49,417 nucleotides of DNA, filler included, from Nitrospirota bacterium (GCA_011620345.1; 2 parts of 2 records of this genome joined end to end with filler, not necessarily neighbours in it), one strand, 5' to 3'; shown: positions 35,610 to 45,792, numbered from the whole stretch's first letter. The notes: generated by a model not told the origin, from the sequence alone. Translations and numbers: made by a program.

Positions 35610-36962
35610 CTAAAGCAGAGCATCGGGCAAGAACTCTTCCTCCACAAACTTGACGTGGTATGCCCCCTCCCGAAAGGCCCTTGAATTAAGGAGCGCCTGG
35701 TGGAAGGGGACGAGCGTCTTCGGGCCTTCGAGGACGAGCTCTTTCAAGGCCCTGCGCATCCGTTCGAGCGCAGAGGACCGGTCGGTATCCCAGGCAAGGA
35801 GCTTCAGGAGCAGCGGGTCATAGAAGGCCGTAACCTTAGAGCCTGCCCGGATGCCACCGTCTACGCGCACCCCTGGGCCGCCGGGGGGCTCGTAGGCCGC
35901 CACGACGCCGGGACTCGGCATAAAGTTGCGTTTTGGGTCTTCGGCGTAGATACGGCACTCGATCGCATGCCCTTTCGGCAGGACGTCTTCTTGGCAAAAC
36001 GACAACGGCTCCCCCGCGGCGACCCTAACCTGCTCACGGACCAGGTCAATGCCCGTCCGCATCTCGGTTACAGGGTGCTCGACCTGGATACGGGTGTTCA
36101 TCTCCAGAAAGTAGAAGCGTTGCCCTTCGTCCACCAAAAACTCTATTGTGCCTACGCTGTGGTAGCCCACATGCTTCACGGCCCTAAGCGCGGCCTCGGC
36201 CATCGCTTGCCGGGTATCTTCGGTAATCAAGGGTGAGGGGCTTTCTTCCACGAGCTTTTGGTAGCGCCTTTGAATCGAGCAGTCCCTTTCGAACAGGTGG
36301 ACGGAGCATCCGAAATTGTCGCAGACAACCTGCACCTCGACGTGGTGGGCCTTTTCGAAGTACCGCTCGATGTACACCTTGGGGCTGCCGAAGAACTGGG
36401 CCCCCATCTTGCTTGCACGCAAGAAGGCGCCCTCGAGCGCTTCTTTGTCCTTCAGGATCGCCGTACCGATCCCTCCGCCCCCGAAGGCGGCCTTGAGGAT
36501 GACGGGGTAGCCGAGCTCATCGGCCGCTCTTTGTGCAGCCCCGGCGTCCTCTAGAAACCCTGAGCCCGGCGGGATAGGCAGGCCGGCTTCCTGCATGAGC
36601 CGCTTCGCCAAGACCTTATCGCCCATCTTGCGGGCAATTGCGGCGCTTGGGCCGATAAAAACGAACCCGGCTTTTTCGATGCGTTCGATGTAGTCGGCAT
36701 TCTCGGCAAAAAAACCGTAGCCCGGATGGATGGCCTCGGCGTTCGCCTCTTTGGCCGCCTGAAGGATCGCATCCAGGTTGAGGTAACTCTTTATGGCCGG
36801 AGGCTCGCCGATGAGGTAGGCTTCATCGGCCAGCTTGGTATGAAGCGCTTCTTCGTCCGCCTTCGAGTAAACGGCCACGGATTGGATCCCCAACTCCTTA
36901 AGCGCCCGGATAACACGGACGGCGATCTCGCCACGGTTGGCCACCAGCACCTTCTTGAACAC
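35610..36962 (-). CDS. accC: Biotin carboxylase subunit
   Basis: KVLVANRGEIAVR, IHPGYGF, GGGGIG, RDCSIQRRYQK, EMNTRIQVEHPVTE. Confidence 0.93.
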   Translation of the reverse strand: MFKKVLVANRGEIAVRVIRALKELGIQSVAVYSKADEEALHTKLADEAYLIGEPPAIKSYLNLDAILQAAKEANAEAIHPGYGFFAENADYIERIEKAGFVFIGPSAAIARKMGDKVLAKRLMQEAGLPIPPGSGFLEDAGAAQRAADELGYPVILKAAFGGGGIGTAILKDKEALEGAFLRASKMGAQFFGSPKVYIERYFEKAHHVEVQVVCDNFGCSVHLFERDCSIQRRYQKLVEESPSPLITEDTRQAMAEAALRAVKHVGYHSVGTIEFLVDEGQRFYFLEMNTRIQVEHPVTEMRTGIDLVREQVRVAAGEPLSFCQEDVLPKGHAIECRIYAEDPKRNFMPSPGVVAAYEPPGGPGVRVDGGIRAGSKVTAFYDPLLLKLLAWDTDRSSALERMRRALKELVLEGPKTLVPFHQALLNSRAFREGAYHVKFVEEEFLPDALL

Positions 36963-36964
36963 GC

Positions 36965-38494
36965 CTAGCCTCCCACGATCGTCGCATGTCGGCGCTTTGG
37001 CCTGTCCACGTGCTTGTCCTTGTACGCCTCAAAGTAGCGTATGCACTCTTTGCGTAAATCCCTTGGCGGGATAAGGTCGTCTACGATCATCTCGCCCGCA
37101 AGCTTGAAGATGTTGTAGCCCTCGCGGTAGGCGTCACGGAGATCTTTTTCGACCTTGGCGCGCTCTTCTTTGTCCTCGATCGCCTGGAGCTTGTTGAAGA
37201 ACACGGCGTTGATGGCCGCCTCGGGCCCCATGACGGCCAGCTCGGCGCTAGGCAGGGCAAGCGTGATGTCGGGGTCGTAGGCGGGCCCTGACATGGCATA
37301 GATTCCGGCTCCGTAGGCCTTTCTGACGACGACGCAGATCCTGGGGACGGTGGCGCAGCTCGTGGCGAAGATGAAGTTCCGCCCGCGTCTTAAGATCCCA
37401 CCCCTCTCGACGGCGCTCCCCGCCATGAACCCGGGCGTATCGCACAGGTAGACTAAGGGGATGTTGTAGGCATCGCACAGCCAGATAAACCCTGCCCCCT
37501 TATCGGAAGACTCGGGGAAGATGGCCCCGCCCTTGACCGACGGCTGGTTGGCTACAATCCCGATGACCTTTCCGCCCAGCCGGGCAAAACCCACGACGAG
37601 CTCCTGGGCGTACTTGGCCTTGATTTCCAAGAAGCTGTCTGCATCAACGAACGCCTCGATCAGCTTCCTTACGTTGTACGGGCGGTTGGCGTCGGGCGGG
37701 ATGATGTCGTCTATCTTGGCGGGGTCCGTCTTGGGCTCCCTGGCCTCGGCCTCTGGCGGCAGGCAATCGGAGTTGTCGGGTAGAAAGCCGACGAGCTTCT
37801 TCACGATCTCGGCCGCCTGCTCCTCGGTATCGACGACAAAGTCGCACGAGCCGGAGACAGAGGCGTGCATCTGAGCACCGCCTAAAGCCTGCGGGGTAAC
37901 GTCCTCGCCAATCACCATCTTGACCATCCTGGGCGAGGCGATTGCCATGGCCGCGTCTTTCATCATGATGAGGACGTCGCAGAACACCGGGGTGTAGGCC
38001 GTCCCGGCAAAGCACGTCCCGTAGAGGACGCCGATCTGGGGAACGAACCCCGACATGATGCTGTGATAATAAAAGAGGCCTATGCTTCGCTCGCAGTGGT
38101 AGCCGCCCGTTTCGTCAATCCTCGCCCCAGAGGAATCCACCAAGTACACCATCGGCTTACGCGCCCTGATAGCCGCGATCTGTGACAGGATAAACTTTTG
38201 CCCGTGGTAGCGCCCGATCGAGCCCGCCTTCACGGTATAATCGTTGGCCGCGAAGAACACCAGCCTGCCATCGATCTTTCCCGTCCCCGTGACGATCCCG
38301 TCGGCGGCAAACTCGGGATCTCCGCTCCTTGCGAACCGCCCGAACTCGGTGTAGGGTTCGCCGTCGTCCAAAAAGAGCTTTAGCCTGTCACGTACGAAGA
38401 GCTTGCCCTCGGCCCGCTGTTTTTCATGCCCCCTTTGTGGGCCGCCTTTTTTGATCCGCTCAAGCTCTTTGAGAACCTTTTCTTCTCTTTCCAT
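36965..38494 (-). CDS. Acyl-CoA carboxylase carboxyltransferase (YngE/MCC-beta-like)
   Basis: KKGG...GKLFVRDRL, ANDYTVKAGS, DSSGARI, LGGAQMH, DTPGFM, RKAYGAG, VMGPEAA. Confidence 0.9.
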   Translation of the reverse strand: MEREEKVLKELERIKKGGPQRGHEKQRAEGKLFVRDRLKLFLDDGEPYTEFGRFARSGDPEFAADGIVTGTGKIDGRLVFFAANDYTVKAGSIGRYHGQKFILSQIAAIRARKPMVYLVDSSGARIDETGGYHCERSIGLFYYHSIMSGFVPQIGVLYGTCFAGTAYTPVFCDVLIMMKDAAMAIASPRMVKMVIGEDVTPQALGGAQMHASVSGSCDFVVDTEEQAAEIVKKLVGFLPDNSDCLPPEAEAREPKTDPAKIDDIIPPDANRPYNVRKLIEAFVDADSFLEIKAKYAQELVVGFARLGGKVIGIVANQPSVKGGAIFPESSDKGAGFIWLCDAYNIPLVYLCDTPGFMAGSAVERGGILRRGRNFIFATSCATVPRICVVVRKAYGAGIYAMSGPAYDPDITLALPSAELAVMGPEAAINAVFFNKLQAIEDKEERAKVEKDLRDAYREGYNIFKLAGEMIVDDLIPPRDLRKECIRYFEAYKDKHVDRPKRRHATIVGG

Positions 38495-38749
38495 CAAACA
38501 ACCCCTTTAAGCTTGTTGGTTTCACGTTTCTATCTATAACAGCAAGAGCATCGCCCCAAACGTCTTGCCAAGTTTGTCGGCTCTTAGCGAGCGTAATGCC
38601 CCCCTTCCTGGAGAGCACCGTGGACGATGAATAGGCGCTGGCGAACACGAGCGGCTCTTGCACATCGTCGGGGTAAGGGAGCGTTGGTTTGTATATGCCT
38701 CAAAACCAGAGCCCGGCTCTGATCCTAACGCTCTTTACGCTCTTTGGGC

Positions 38750-38980
38750 TCACCCGGATACCTCTTCGATCTCGGCAAGCACGCTACCCTCATCGATGAA
38801 ATCTCCCTCCTCGACGTTTATTTTCCGCACCAACCCCGATACCGGGGTTTGCACCTCGATTTGCATCTTCATCGATTCGAGCACGAACAGAGTGTCCCCC
38901 TCTTGGATGTTGGCCTCCTGGCTTACCCGAACCTCGACAACCGTACCTGCCATCTCATTGATCACTTTGATCACTTCCAT
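38750..38980 (-). CDS. Stand-alone biotin carboxyl carrier protein
   Basis: Biotinylation motif LESMKMQ; 76 aa from ATG 38980 with RBS AAGGAGG. Confidence 0.9.
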   Translation of the reverse strand: MEVIKVINEMAGTVVEVRVSQEANIQEGDTLFVLESMKMQIEVQTPVSGLVRKINVEEGDFIDEGSVLAEIEEVSG

Positions 38981-39104
38981 AAAGCCTGAACCCTCCTTCA
39001 TTTTTTTCTCGCGCCAAGACTCTCGATTCCAGCGACGAATTGCATCCATAGACTCAAGAAAAGGTTTTTTTGTCTCCAGGCAATCTACAAAGGCTGGTGC
39101 GCGC

Positions 39105-39872
39105 CTAGCCCCCCTTGCCTCTCTGGGCAAGAAACCGCTCGATCGCGTCTTTGAGGGCATCCGATTTGAACGTGAGGAGCCTCAGAAGCCCCGCCTGCTC
39201 AAAAAGGGAGTCATCCGGCCTGCCCATGCGGTTGTAGAGCTCTAGCCCTGTTCTTACAGCGAGCGGGCTCTTTTGGGCAAGGCTTTTTGCGAGCTCCCAT
39301 GCGGCATCCTCAAGCCTTTCCTCCTCGACCACCTCATGGACAAGCCCAAGCTCGCGGGCTTCTTGAGCGGAAAGCGTACGTGCCGTAAGGCTCAACTCGA
39401 GCGCTTTCTTGAGCCCGACGCTCCTTGCGATCAAAGGGAAGATGGCGAACGGAAACAGCCCCAGAGTCACCTCGGGAAGGCCAAGCTTAGCCGAGTCGGC
39501 GGCAATCGCCAAGTGCGCCAAGGCTACAAGCCCCATCCCTCCGCCCATGGCCGCTCCCTTTACTGCGGCCACGACGGGCGTCCTGAGCGTGTGGGCGAGC
39601 TTAAAGAGCTCCATGCTCGGAGCGATCGTTTCGTAGAGCTCGTCCAAACTCTTGCCAAAATGACCGATAAAATCCTTGAAATCGCCGCCCGCGCAGAAGT
39701 GCTTGCCTTCGGCGCTCAAGATGATTGCCCGGACCTCGCTTTCGGCATCGGCTTTTTGAAGGGCTTGGGTCAGCTCGACAACGAGGGCCTCCGACAGGGC
39801 GTTCCGTTGCTCCGGCCGGTTCAAACGTACGAGCGCGATTTGCTCTTTGACTTCATAAAGGACGTCAGACAT
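39105..39872 (-). CDS. Enoyl-CoA hydratase/crotonase (single-Glu, LiuC/AtuE-like)
   Basis: LNRPEQRNAL, FCAGGD, AMGGGMGL (no first Glu), PEVTLGL. Confidence 0.88.
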   Translation of the reverse strand: MSDVLYEVKEQIALVRLNRPEQRNALSEALVVELTQALQKADAESEVRAIILSAEGKHFCAGGDFKDFIGHFGKSLDELYETIAPSMELFKLAHTLRTPVVAAVKGAAMGGGMGLVALAHLAIAADSAKLGLPEVTLGLFPFAIFPLIARSVGLKKALELSLTARTLSAQEARELGLVHEVVEEERLEDAAWELAKSLAQKSPLAVRTGLELYNRMGRPDDSLFEQAGLLRLLTFKSDALKDAIERFLAQRGKGG

Positions 39873-39874
39873 GC

Positions 39875-41452
39875 TTAGACCTCTTTTTTGACTTGCCGGA
39901 CAATCTCATCTTTCATGGCGCGTTTCAGGACTTTCCCGGATGGTGACCGGGGAAAATCCTCGACAAAGTAGACTTCTTTTGGGGCTTTGAATGAGGCCAA
40001 TCGGGTCTTGGCGAACGCGATGACCTCGTCTTGGGTAAGGGTTTCGTTTGCCTTGGTCTTGATGATGGCCACGACCTTCTCGACCCAGTAGGGGTCCGCC
40101 ATGCCAATGACGGCAACCTCGGCCACTTTGGGGTGAGCAGAGAGCGCCTCCTCGACCTCCTGGCTCGCGACGTTCTCCCCGCCCGACTTGATCATGTCTT
40201 TCTTTCGGTCTACGAAGTACAAGAACCCCTCTTCGTCCTTGAAGCCCATATCACCAGTATGGTGCCAGCCGCCCATGAAGAGCTCTTCTGTGGCCTCCTG
40301 ATCGCCTAGGTAGCCCGGTGTAATGGCCGGACCGCGTGCAACCATCTCACCCACGCCAAAAGGCGGGAGTTCGTTCATCTGTTCGTCTACAACCCTGATC
40401 TCTAAGGGCAGGTGAGGAATGCCGACCGGGTTGGGCGCGCTGAGCTTTGTTTCGAGTATACCCGGCGGCGTGCTCGCACCCAGCGGGATCATCTCGGTCT
40501 GCCCCCAGTAGTTGATCCAGACGGCACCCGGGATGAGGGCCATCCATTTTTTAAGGACCTCGGTGGGTAGGTATTGAAAGACGAGCAGCGTCTTGAGACT
40601 CCTTAAGTCCTTTTCCCCGATGTCTGGAATTTGCGACAGGGCAATCCAAACGGTGGCGGGCAGGGCCGCGACGCTGACATTGTCCTGCTCGATCGCCCTA
40701 AAGATTCCGTCTGGCTCGATCCAGGAGAGCATGGTGCTCGTCACGCCCGCCGTGATGGCGCTGAAGGCCAAAAAAAGGCCTGCCGAATGGAACAGGGGCA
40801 GGCAAAGCAATGGCCTGTCCTCTTTCGTAATGCCGATGTCGGTTACGGCGGCCAGAAAAGAGGCGTAGTAGTTTAGGTGCGTGTTCATGACCGCCTTAGG
40901 AAAAGCGGTGGTGCCCGAGGTAAAAAGAATCGTAGCAGGGTCTTCGTTCTCGACCAAGCATTCCACGGGGTCATCCAATACGCCTTGAAGCATCGGCTCC
41001 ATCAGCTCGAACCCCTCGGGGGCAGGGCCAGAGCCTAGGGCAAACTTATGCCTGATACACGAAAGCGCCTCGCTTCCTAGGTCCAAACTGCCAGAAAGCA
41101 TGGGGTCGATCACAAGCGCCTTCACATTGGCCCTTGAAAGCACGTAATCGACCTCTTTTCCCCTTAACAGCGCGTTGATCGGGACAAAAGGCGCCCCTAT
41201 CCTTGCCAAGCCAAAAAAATGCGCCAAGAAAGACAGGCTGTTCAAGCCCAAAAAGGCCACGGCATCACCTCTGGCTATGCCTCTATCCAAAAAGAAGCGG
41301 GCAACTTTATCGGCTTTGGCATCGAGCTCAGCATAAGAGGTGTCGGCCCCCTCAAACCGTACGGCTGCCTTTGCCGGGTACCTCTTGGCCGATCTCCTTA
41401 AGCTATCGCCCACGTTGAACCTGTGAATCAGGTTAAACGCCAAGGAATCCAT
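39875..41452 (-). CDS. Acyl-CoA synthetase (AMP-forming)
   Basis: FTSGTTAFPK, WGQTE, HTGD, DRKKDMIKSGGEN, SGKVLK. Start re-set to ATG 41452. Confidence 0.92.
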   Translation of the reverse strand: MDSLAFNLIHRFNVGDSLRRSAKRYPAKAAVRFEGADTSYAELDAKADKVARFFLDRGIARGDAVAFLGLNSLSFLAHFFGLARIGAPFVPINALLRGKEVDYVLSRANVKALVIDPMLSGSLDLGSEALSCIRHKFALGSGPAPEGFELMEPMLQGVLDDPVECLVENEDPATILFTSGTTAFPKAVMNTHLNYYASFLAAVTDIGITKEDRPLLCLPLFHSAGLFLAFSAITAGVTSTMLSWIEPDGIFRAIEQDNVSVAALPATVWIALSQIPDIGEKDLRSLKTLLVFQYLPTEVLKKWMALIPGAVWINYWGQTEMIPLGASTPPGILETKLSAPNPVGIPHLPLEIRVVDEQMNELPPFGVGEMVARGPAITPGYLGDQEATEELFMGGWHHTGDMGFKDEEGFLYFVDRKKDMIKSGGENVASQEVEEALSAHPKVAEVAVIGMADPYWVEKVVAIIKTKANETLTQDEVIAFAKTRLASFKAPKEVYFVEDFPRSPSGKVLKRAMKDEIVRQVKKEV

Positions 41453-41939
41453 AAAAAGCCCCCCAACACTTATTGTCTGCCCTTCAAAATCGCCAAAAAT
41501 CCGTGAAGAGATAAAGAATGACTGCGGGATAAAACTCCTAAGCATAAAGAAGCCATGAATTATTTTGATAGCATCTGCATAACTATCGTAGAAATATAGG
41601 TTATATAATATTATTTATCATTTCAAGACTGCGTTTGGGTTATTGCCCGCTGTTTTCAAAAAGCCCGTCTACGCGGCAGTCACAGCTAGAATTGCTTGGG
41701 CGGATTCAGGGCCTAAAAAATGTGCGATGTTGAACAACAGTATCGCAAAGCCCGGCCATTTTTCAAGGGTCTTGAGATAATCATGTTCTTAGTTGTAAGC
41801 TGAAAGCAGATTTAATATTCACGCGGGTTGAAAGAGGGAAAACCTTGAGTATACCGATGTTAAGCTTTTCCTTCGAGGATGTATCAAACATGAATCCAAA
41901 CAGGCCCGAATGAAAAGGAGCGCCGCTCATGCAGGCGAT

Positions 41940-41954
41940 TGGCATGCTTCTTGA
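41940..41954 (+). promoter_or_regulatory. Candidate sigma54 promoter
   Basis: TGGCATG-CTTC-TTGA against consensus TGGCACG-N4-TTGC, 75 nt upstream of ATG 42030, in a long and partly AT-rich divergent spacer. Confidence 0.35.
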
Positions 41955-42029
41955 GCGACTGGCCCCCAAATCTTCGCAATGATCAACCCACAGGTATAGA
42001 AGCGGTCCTACCCAAAAGGAGGCAAGAAG

Positions 42030-43877
42030 ATGCAAGCAAAACCCATGGCCGAGATCAGAAGAATACTGAAGGGCGTTGCCCATCAAGACCCGGAGCATAG
42101 CGTACTCAAGGTGTTCAAGGCCCAATGGGGACGGCTGAACACGGTCAGGATCCTTTGGAAGGCGCTCGCTACGGGCGGTCTTGTACACAACATGAAAGAG
42201 CTCCGTCAAGGACGGGTAGGAAGGATCAGCGCACAGCTTTTTCTGGCCATATGGGGGACATTACGCAACCGTGAGGCGATTGTCGCCGCCAACAAGCGCT
42301 TGAGTTACCCCCAGATGCGCAAGCGGGTGCTCAGGCTGGCCAACGCGCTCGTTTCGATGGGAGTCCGGCCCAAAGACAGGGTAGGTGTTATGCTCTACAA
42401 CCAGCCCGAGTTTATCGAGGCAGTCTATGCATGCGCGCTGATCGGAGCCATTCTTCCCCCCTTGAACTTCCACAGCAGGGGTAAAGAGCTCGCTTCTTTG
42501 ATCAACCTCAGGAACCCCAAAGTTCTTATCGTCGACAAGGATTTCTTGGGCGCGATCGAGGCAATACGGGGGGAGACCCCGAGTATCGAGCATGTTATCG
42601 TGGCCGGCCAAGATCAAGAAGAAGGCGACACGCTGGCCTACGAGCGGGTGCTCGAGCGATCTACCGAAAAGACGCCCCCGCTCCACTTCATCTTGCCGCT
42701 CAATTACTATACGGGCGGAACGACGGGGACACCCAAGAGTTCGAACATCCATGAGAGCATGAGCTACTTACTGAGCGATGAAATCGAGGCGCCCAAGGCC
42801 TCGCTCGAGGAGTTCCTAACGCAAGCCGATAAGGGGGTGCGTTTTCTTTCTTGGTACAAAGCGGACGAGGTCAAAGACCCCGTAACAAAAAACATCCGCT
42901 CGCTCATCACCACGCCCCTTTACCACGCGGGCACGGCGGTTGGGTTCTCGCCCTGCTTGCTCCTTGGCGGCACGGCCATTCTCATGAAGAAGTTCGACCC
43001 GGAAGGCTGGCTTGCGCTTATCGAGAAAGAGCGGGCAAACTGGGCGTTTGCCGTCCCGACCATCTTTCAAAAAGTGCTCGCCCTGCCGGACGAGATTAAG
43101 GGCCGCTACAACTTAAGCTCGATGCGCGTCGTTATTTCCTCGGCCGCGCCCTGTCCGCCCGAGGTCAAGAAGGCCATCAACGCCCTCTTCGTGAAGCAGG
43201 GCGCAAAAGGCCCTGTCTTCCACGAGTACTACGGGAGCTCCGAAGGAGGGCTGTTCACGATTCTTGTCCCAGAAGACTACATCGCCAACGAGCAGCGCTA
43301 CGCGAGCGTGGGTAAGGCAAGAGCCGCCGAGGTCATCGTTGTGGACAAGGAAACCGGGCGTCTTCTCGGGCCCTACGAGGAAGGGCTGGTCCTCATCCGC
43401 TCGGCGGCCACGATGGCGCTACGCTACCTGGGCGACGAGAAGAAGGCTCACGAGAACATACGCGTCGTAAGCGGCAAGGAGTACTACGACGACGGGATCG
43501 TCGGGTACTTCGACGAGGACGGGTTTTTGTATCTCAGCTCACGCGTGAAAGAAATGATCATCACGGGCGGGGTTAATATCTATCCGAACGAAATAGAGAA
43601 CGCCATCCTCACTCATCCAAGCGTGCTCGATGCCGCCGTGATCCCCGTTCCGCACGAAACGCTGGGCGAGGTGGCGCAAGCCTGTATCCAGCTCAAACCC
43701 GGGCAAGCAGCGAGCAAAGAGCAGATCCTCGAGCATCTCGAGAAAACGGGACTTTCCGGGTTCAAGCTCCCCCAGGACATCGCAATACTCGATGAGCTCC
43801 CGCGCTTCATCGACGGCAAGATCAAAAAGCGAATCCTTAGGGAGGCCTACTGGAAGGGGGTCAAGGAAATAGGGTAG
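42030..43877 (+). CDS. Acyl-CoA synthetase with N-terminal extension
   Basis: YTGGTTGTPK, PLYH, YYGSSE, RVKEMIITGGVNIYP, GKIKK; RBS AGGAGG. Confidence 0.88.
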   Translation: MQAKPMAEIRRILKGVAHQDPEHSVLKVFKAQWGRLNTVRILWKALATGGLVHNMKELRQGRVGRISAQLFLAIWGTLRNREAIVAANKRLSYPQMRKRVLRLANALVSMGVRPKDRVGVMLYNQPEFIEAVYACALIGAILPPLNFHSRGKELASLINLRNPKVLIVDKDFLGAIEAIRGETPSIEHVIVAGQDQEEGDTLAYERVLERSTEKTPPLHFILPLNYYTGGTTGTPKSSNIHESMSYLLSDEIEAPKASLEEFLTQADKGVRFLSWYKADEVKDPVTKNIRSLITTPLYHAGTAVGFSPCLLLGGTAILMKKFDPEGWLALIEKERANWAFAVPTIFQKVLALPDEIKGRYNLSSMRVVISSAAPCPPEVKKAINALFVKQGAKGPVFHEYYGSSEGGLFTILVPEDYIANEQRYASVGKARAAEVIVVDKETGRLLGPYEEGLVLIRSAATMALRYLGDEKKAHENIRVVSGKEYYDDGIVGYFDEDGFLYLSSRVKEMIITGGVNIYPNEIENAILTHPSVLDAAVIPVPHETLGEVAQACIQLKPGQAASKEQILEHLEKTGLSGFKLPQDIAILDELPRFIDGKIKKRILREAYWKGVKEIG

Positions 43878-43907
43878 ACGAAGTATCGCCTTCCTAAGCG
43901 TACATCC

Positions 43908-43939
43908 CGATAGGCGGGAGGTGTTTATCACGCCTATCG
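43908..43939. repeat. Collapsed REP-like hairpin with GATAG feet
   Basis: CGATAGGCG...CGCCTATCG forms a 9-bp stem. GATAGGCGGGA is the reverse complement of 25058-25068. Confidence 0.55.
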
Positions 43940-44127
43940 CACACCTCAACAAGCCCGCCAATTGACCTGCCGAGCGTTCACTTTTTTCTTTTTTTTCGTT
44001 CCTTACGCGTATTTCACGTAACTCGGACGAAAGGATGGTGCCTAAGGGCCAAAAGCCCCTCGTTTGACCACTCCGCAGAATGGCGCAAAAATACAAAGGT
44101 AGGGAAGCAACGACACGGAGGGCCGGC

Positions 44128-45792
44128 ATGTCGGATAAGACGGGCGGGCAGTTGGCGGTGGAATCGCTCAAGGCTTTAGGGGTAAGGCGCGTTTTTTGTG
44201 TACCGGGCGAGAGTTTTTTGCCGATCCTCGACGCACTTTACGACAGCCCAGAAATCGAGCCCATCGTCTGCCGGCAAGAAGGCGGCGCGGCGTACATGGC
44301 AGAGGCGCACGGGAAATTGACCGGAGAGCCGGGTGTATGCCTCGTTTCCAGGGGGCCTGGCGCCACCAACGCCAGCATCGGCGTGCATGCGGCGTTTTTT
44401 GACGCCACGCCCATGGTGCTGCTTGTGGGACAAGTAAGACAGGACACGCTCGGCCGCGAGGCCTTCCAGGAGATGGATTTTGGACGCTTCTTCGCCCCAA
44501 TCGCCAAAACGATCGAGACCCTCCACGACCCCGCGCGAATTCCGGAGGCGCTCTTTCGGGCGTTTTCCATCGCACGCGCCCCGCGTCCGGGGCCTGTCGT
44601 GCTCGTCCTCCCAGAAGACGTGCTCCGTATGAGAGCAGGCGGTCCAATTTTTCCCCAAGCAAAGCAAAGCGAGGCTTGGCCTTCTAAAGAAGACCTCAAC
44701 ACGCTCATGGGCCTTCTTTCTGCGGCCAAAAAGCCGCTTGTCGTGCTCGGCGGAAGCGGATGGACAGAAGAAGGCCGAGACGCTATCGAGCATTTTGCCG
44801 AGGCAAACGGCCTGCCCGTGACCACGTCTTTTGTCCGGCAAAGCCTGTTTGACAACACGCATCCTGACTACGTCGGCCCTTTGGGGGTGTGGGCAGATCC
44901 GAGGCTAAAAAATGCCCTCAAGGAAGCCGACCTGGTTCTCGCCTTAGGGACAAGACTAGGCGATGCCACAACGGACACATACCAATTGCTCAAGCCCCAA
45001 AATACCGCACGCACGCTCGTTCATGTCTACCCGGACGCAAAAGAGTTGGGCAAGGTCTGGCCTTTTCGCCTCGGCATACCGGCCGGGCCAAACGCCACGG
45101 CAGCCGCGCTCGCAGGCCTTCCGGCGGTTCCTGCAAGGCCTTGGGAGGGATGGTGTAAGGAGTTAAGAAAACAGTATTTAGAAGACATCCAGCCGCCTCC
45201 CATGCCAGGACGCCTGAACCTTGCCGAAGCGATCAAAACCTTGCAGGCCACGCTCGAGCCCGATGCGATCCTTGCGATTGGGGCGGGCAACTTCATGGGC
45301 TGGCCCATTCGTTTCTACCAATACCAAAAGCCCCATACCCAGCTTTCCTTGACGGTGGGGGCAATGGGATATTCTGTCCCGGCTGCCGTAGCGGCCAAGC
45401 TCTGCTATCCCAAAAGGCAGGTCGTGGCGTTCGCGGGCGATGGGTGCTTTCTGATGAACGGGCAAGAGTTGGCGACGGCAAAGCGCCACGGGCTCAAGAT
45501 CGTTTTTTTCGTGGTCAACAACGGGATGTACGGGACGATCCGCATGCACCAAGAACGCCACTACCCAGGCCGGGTGATCGCAACCGATTTGACCAACCCG
45601 GATTTCGCCCGTCTGGCCCAGGCCTACGGCGCGCTCGGGTTCCGCGTTGGAAGGACGGAGGAGTTCGCCCCAGCCTTGGAATGCGCGCTTTCGACGAACG
45701 GCCCTGCGCTCATCGAGCTCATGCTCGAGCCAGAAGCCATCAGCACGCGAGAAACGCTCAAGGGAGGCAGCATGCCCTACTCTTTGGCATGA
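44128..45792 (+). CDS. Thiamine-diphosphate-dependent enzyme (acetolactate synthase large-subunit-like)
   Basis: FCVPGESF, RQEGGAAYMA, SRGPGATN, AFQEMD, GAMGY, GDGCF...NNGMYGTIR; RBS GGAGG before ATG 44128. No small subunit is adjacent. Confidence 0.9.
   Translation: MSDKTGGQLAVESLKALGVRRVFCVPGESFLPILDALYDSPEIEPIVCRQEGGAAYMAEAHGKLTGEPGVCLVSRGPGATNASIGVHAAFFDATPMVLLVGQVRQDTLGREAFQEMDFGRFFAPIAKTIETLHDPARIPEALFRAFSIARAPRPGPVVLVLPEDVLRMRAGGPIFPQAKQSEAWPSKEDLNTLMGLLSAAKKPLVVLGGSGWTEEGRDAIEHFAEANGLPVTTSFVRQSLFDNTHPDYVGPLGVWADPRLKNALKEADLVLALGTRLGDATTDTYQLLKPQNTARTLVHVYPDAKELGKVWPFRLGIPAGPNATAAALAGLPAVPARPWEGWCKELRKQYLEDIQPPPMPGRLNLAEAIKTLQATLEPDAILAIGAGNFMGWPIRFYQYQKPHTQLSLTVGAMGYSVPAAVAAKLCYPKRQVVAFAGDGCFLMNGQELATAKRHGLKIVFFVVNNGMYGTIRMHQERHYPGRVIATDLTNPDFARLAQAYGALGFRVGRTEEFAPALECALSTNGPALIELMLEPEAISTRETLKGGSMPYSLA

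Noticed and set aside
38498-38749. Small gene or ncRNA in the gap between BCCP and carboxyltransferase
   Set aside because: The 67-aa ORF has no RBS or motif. Only a short hairpin (CAGAGCCCGGCTCTG) and a 9-bp tandem repeat are present.
44128-45792. Biosynthetic acetolactate synthase (ilvB)
   Set aside because: No ilvN/ilvH or ilvC is nearby, so only a ThDP-family call is supported.
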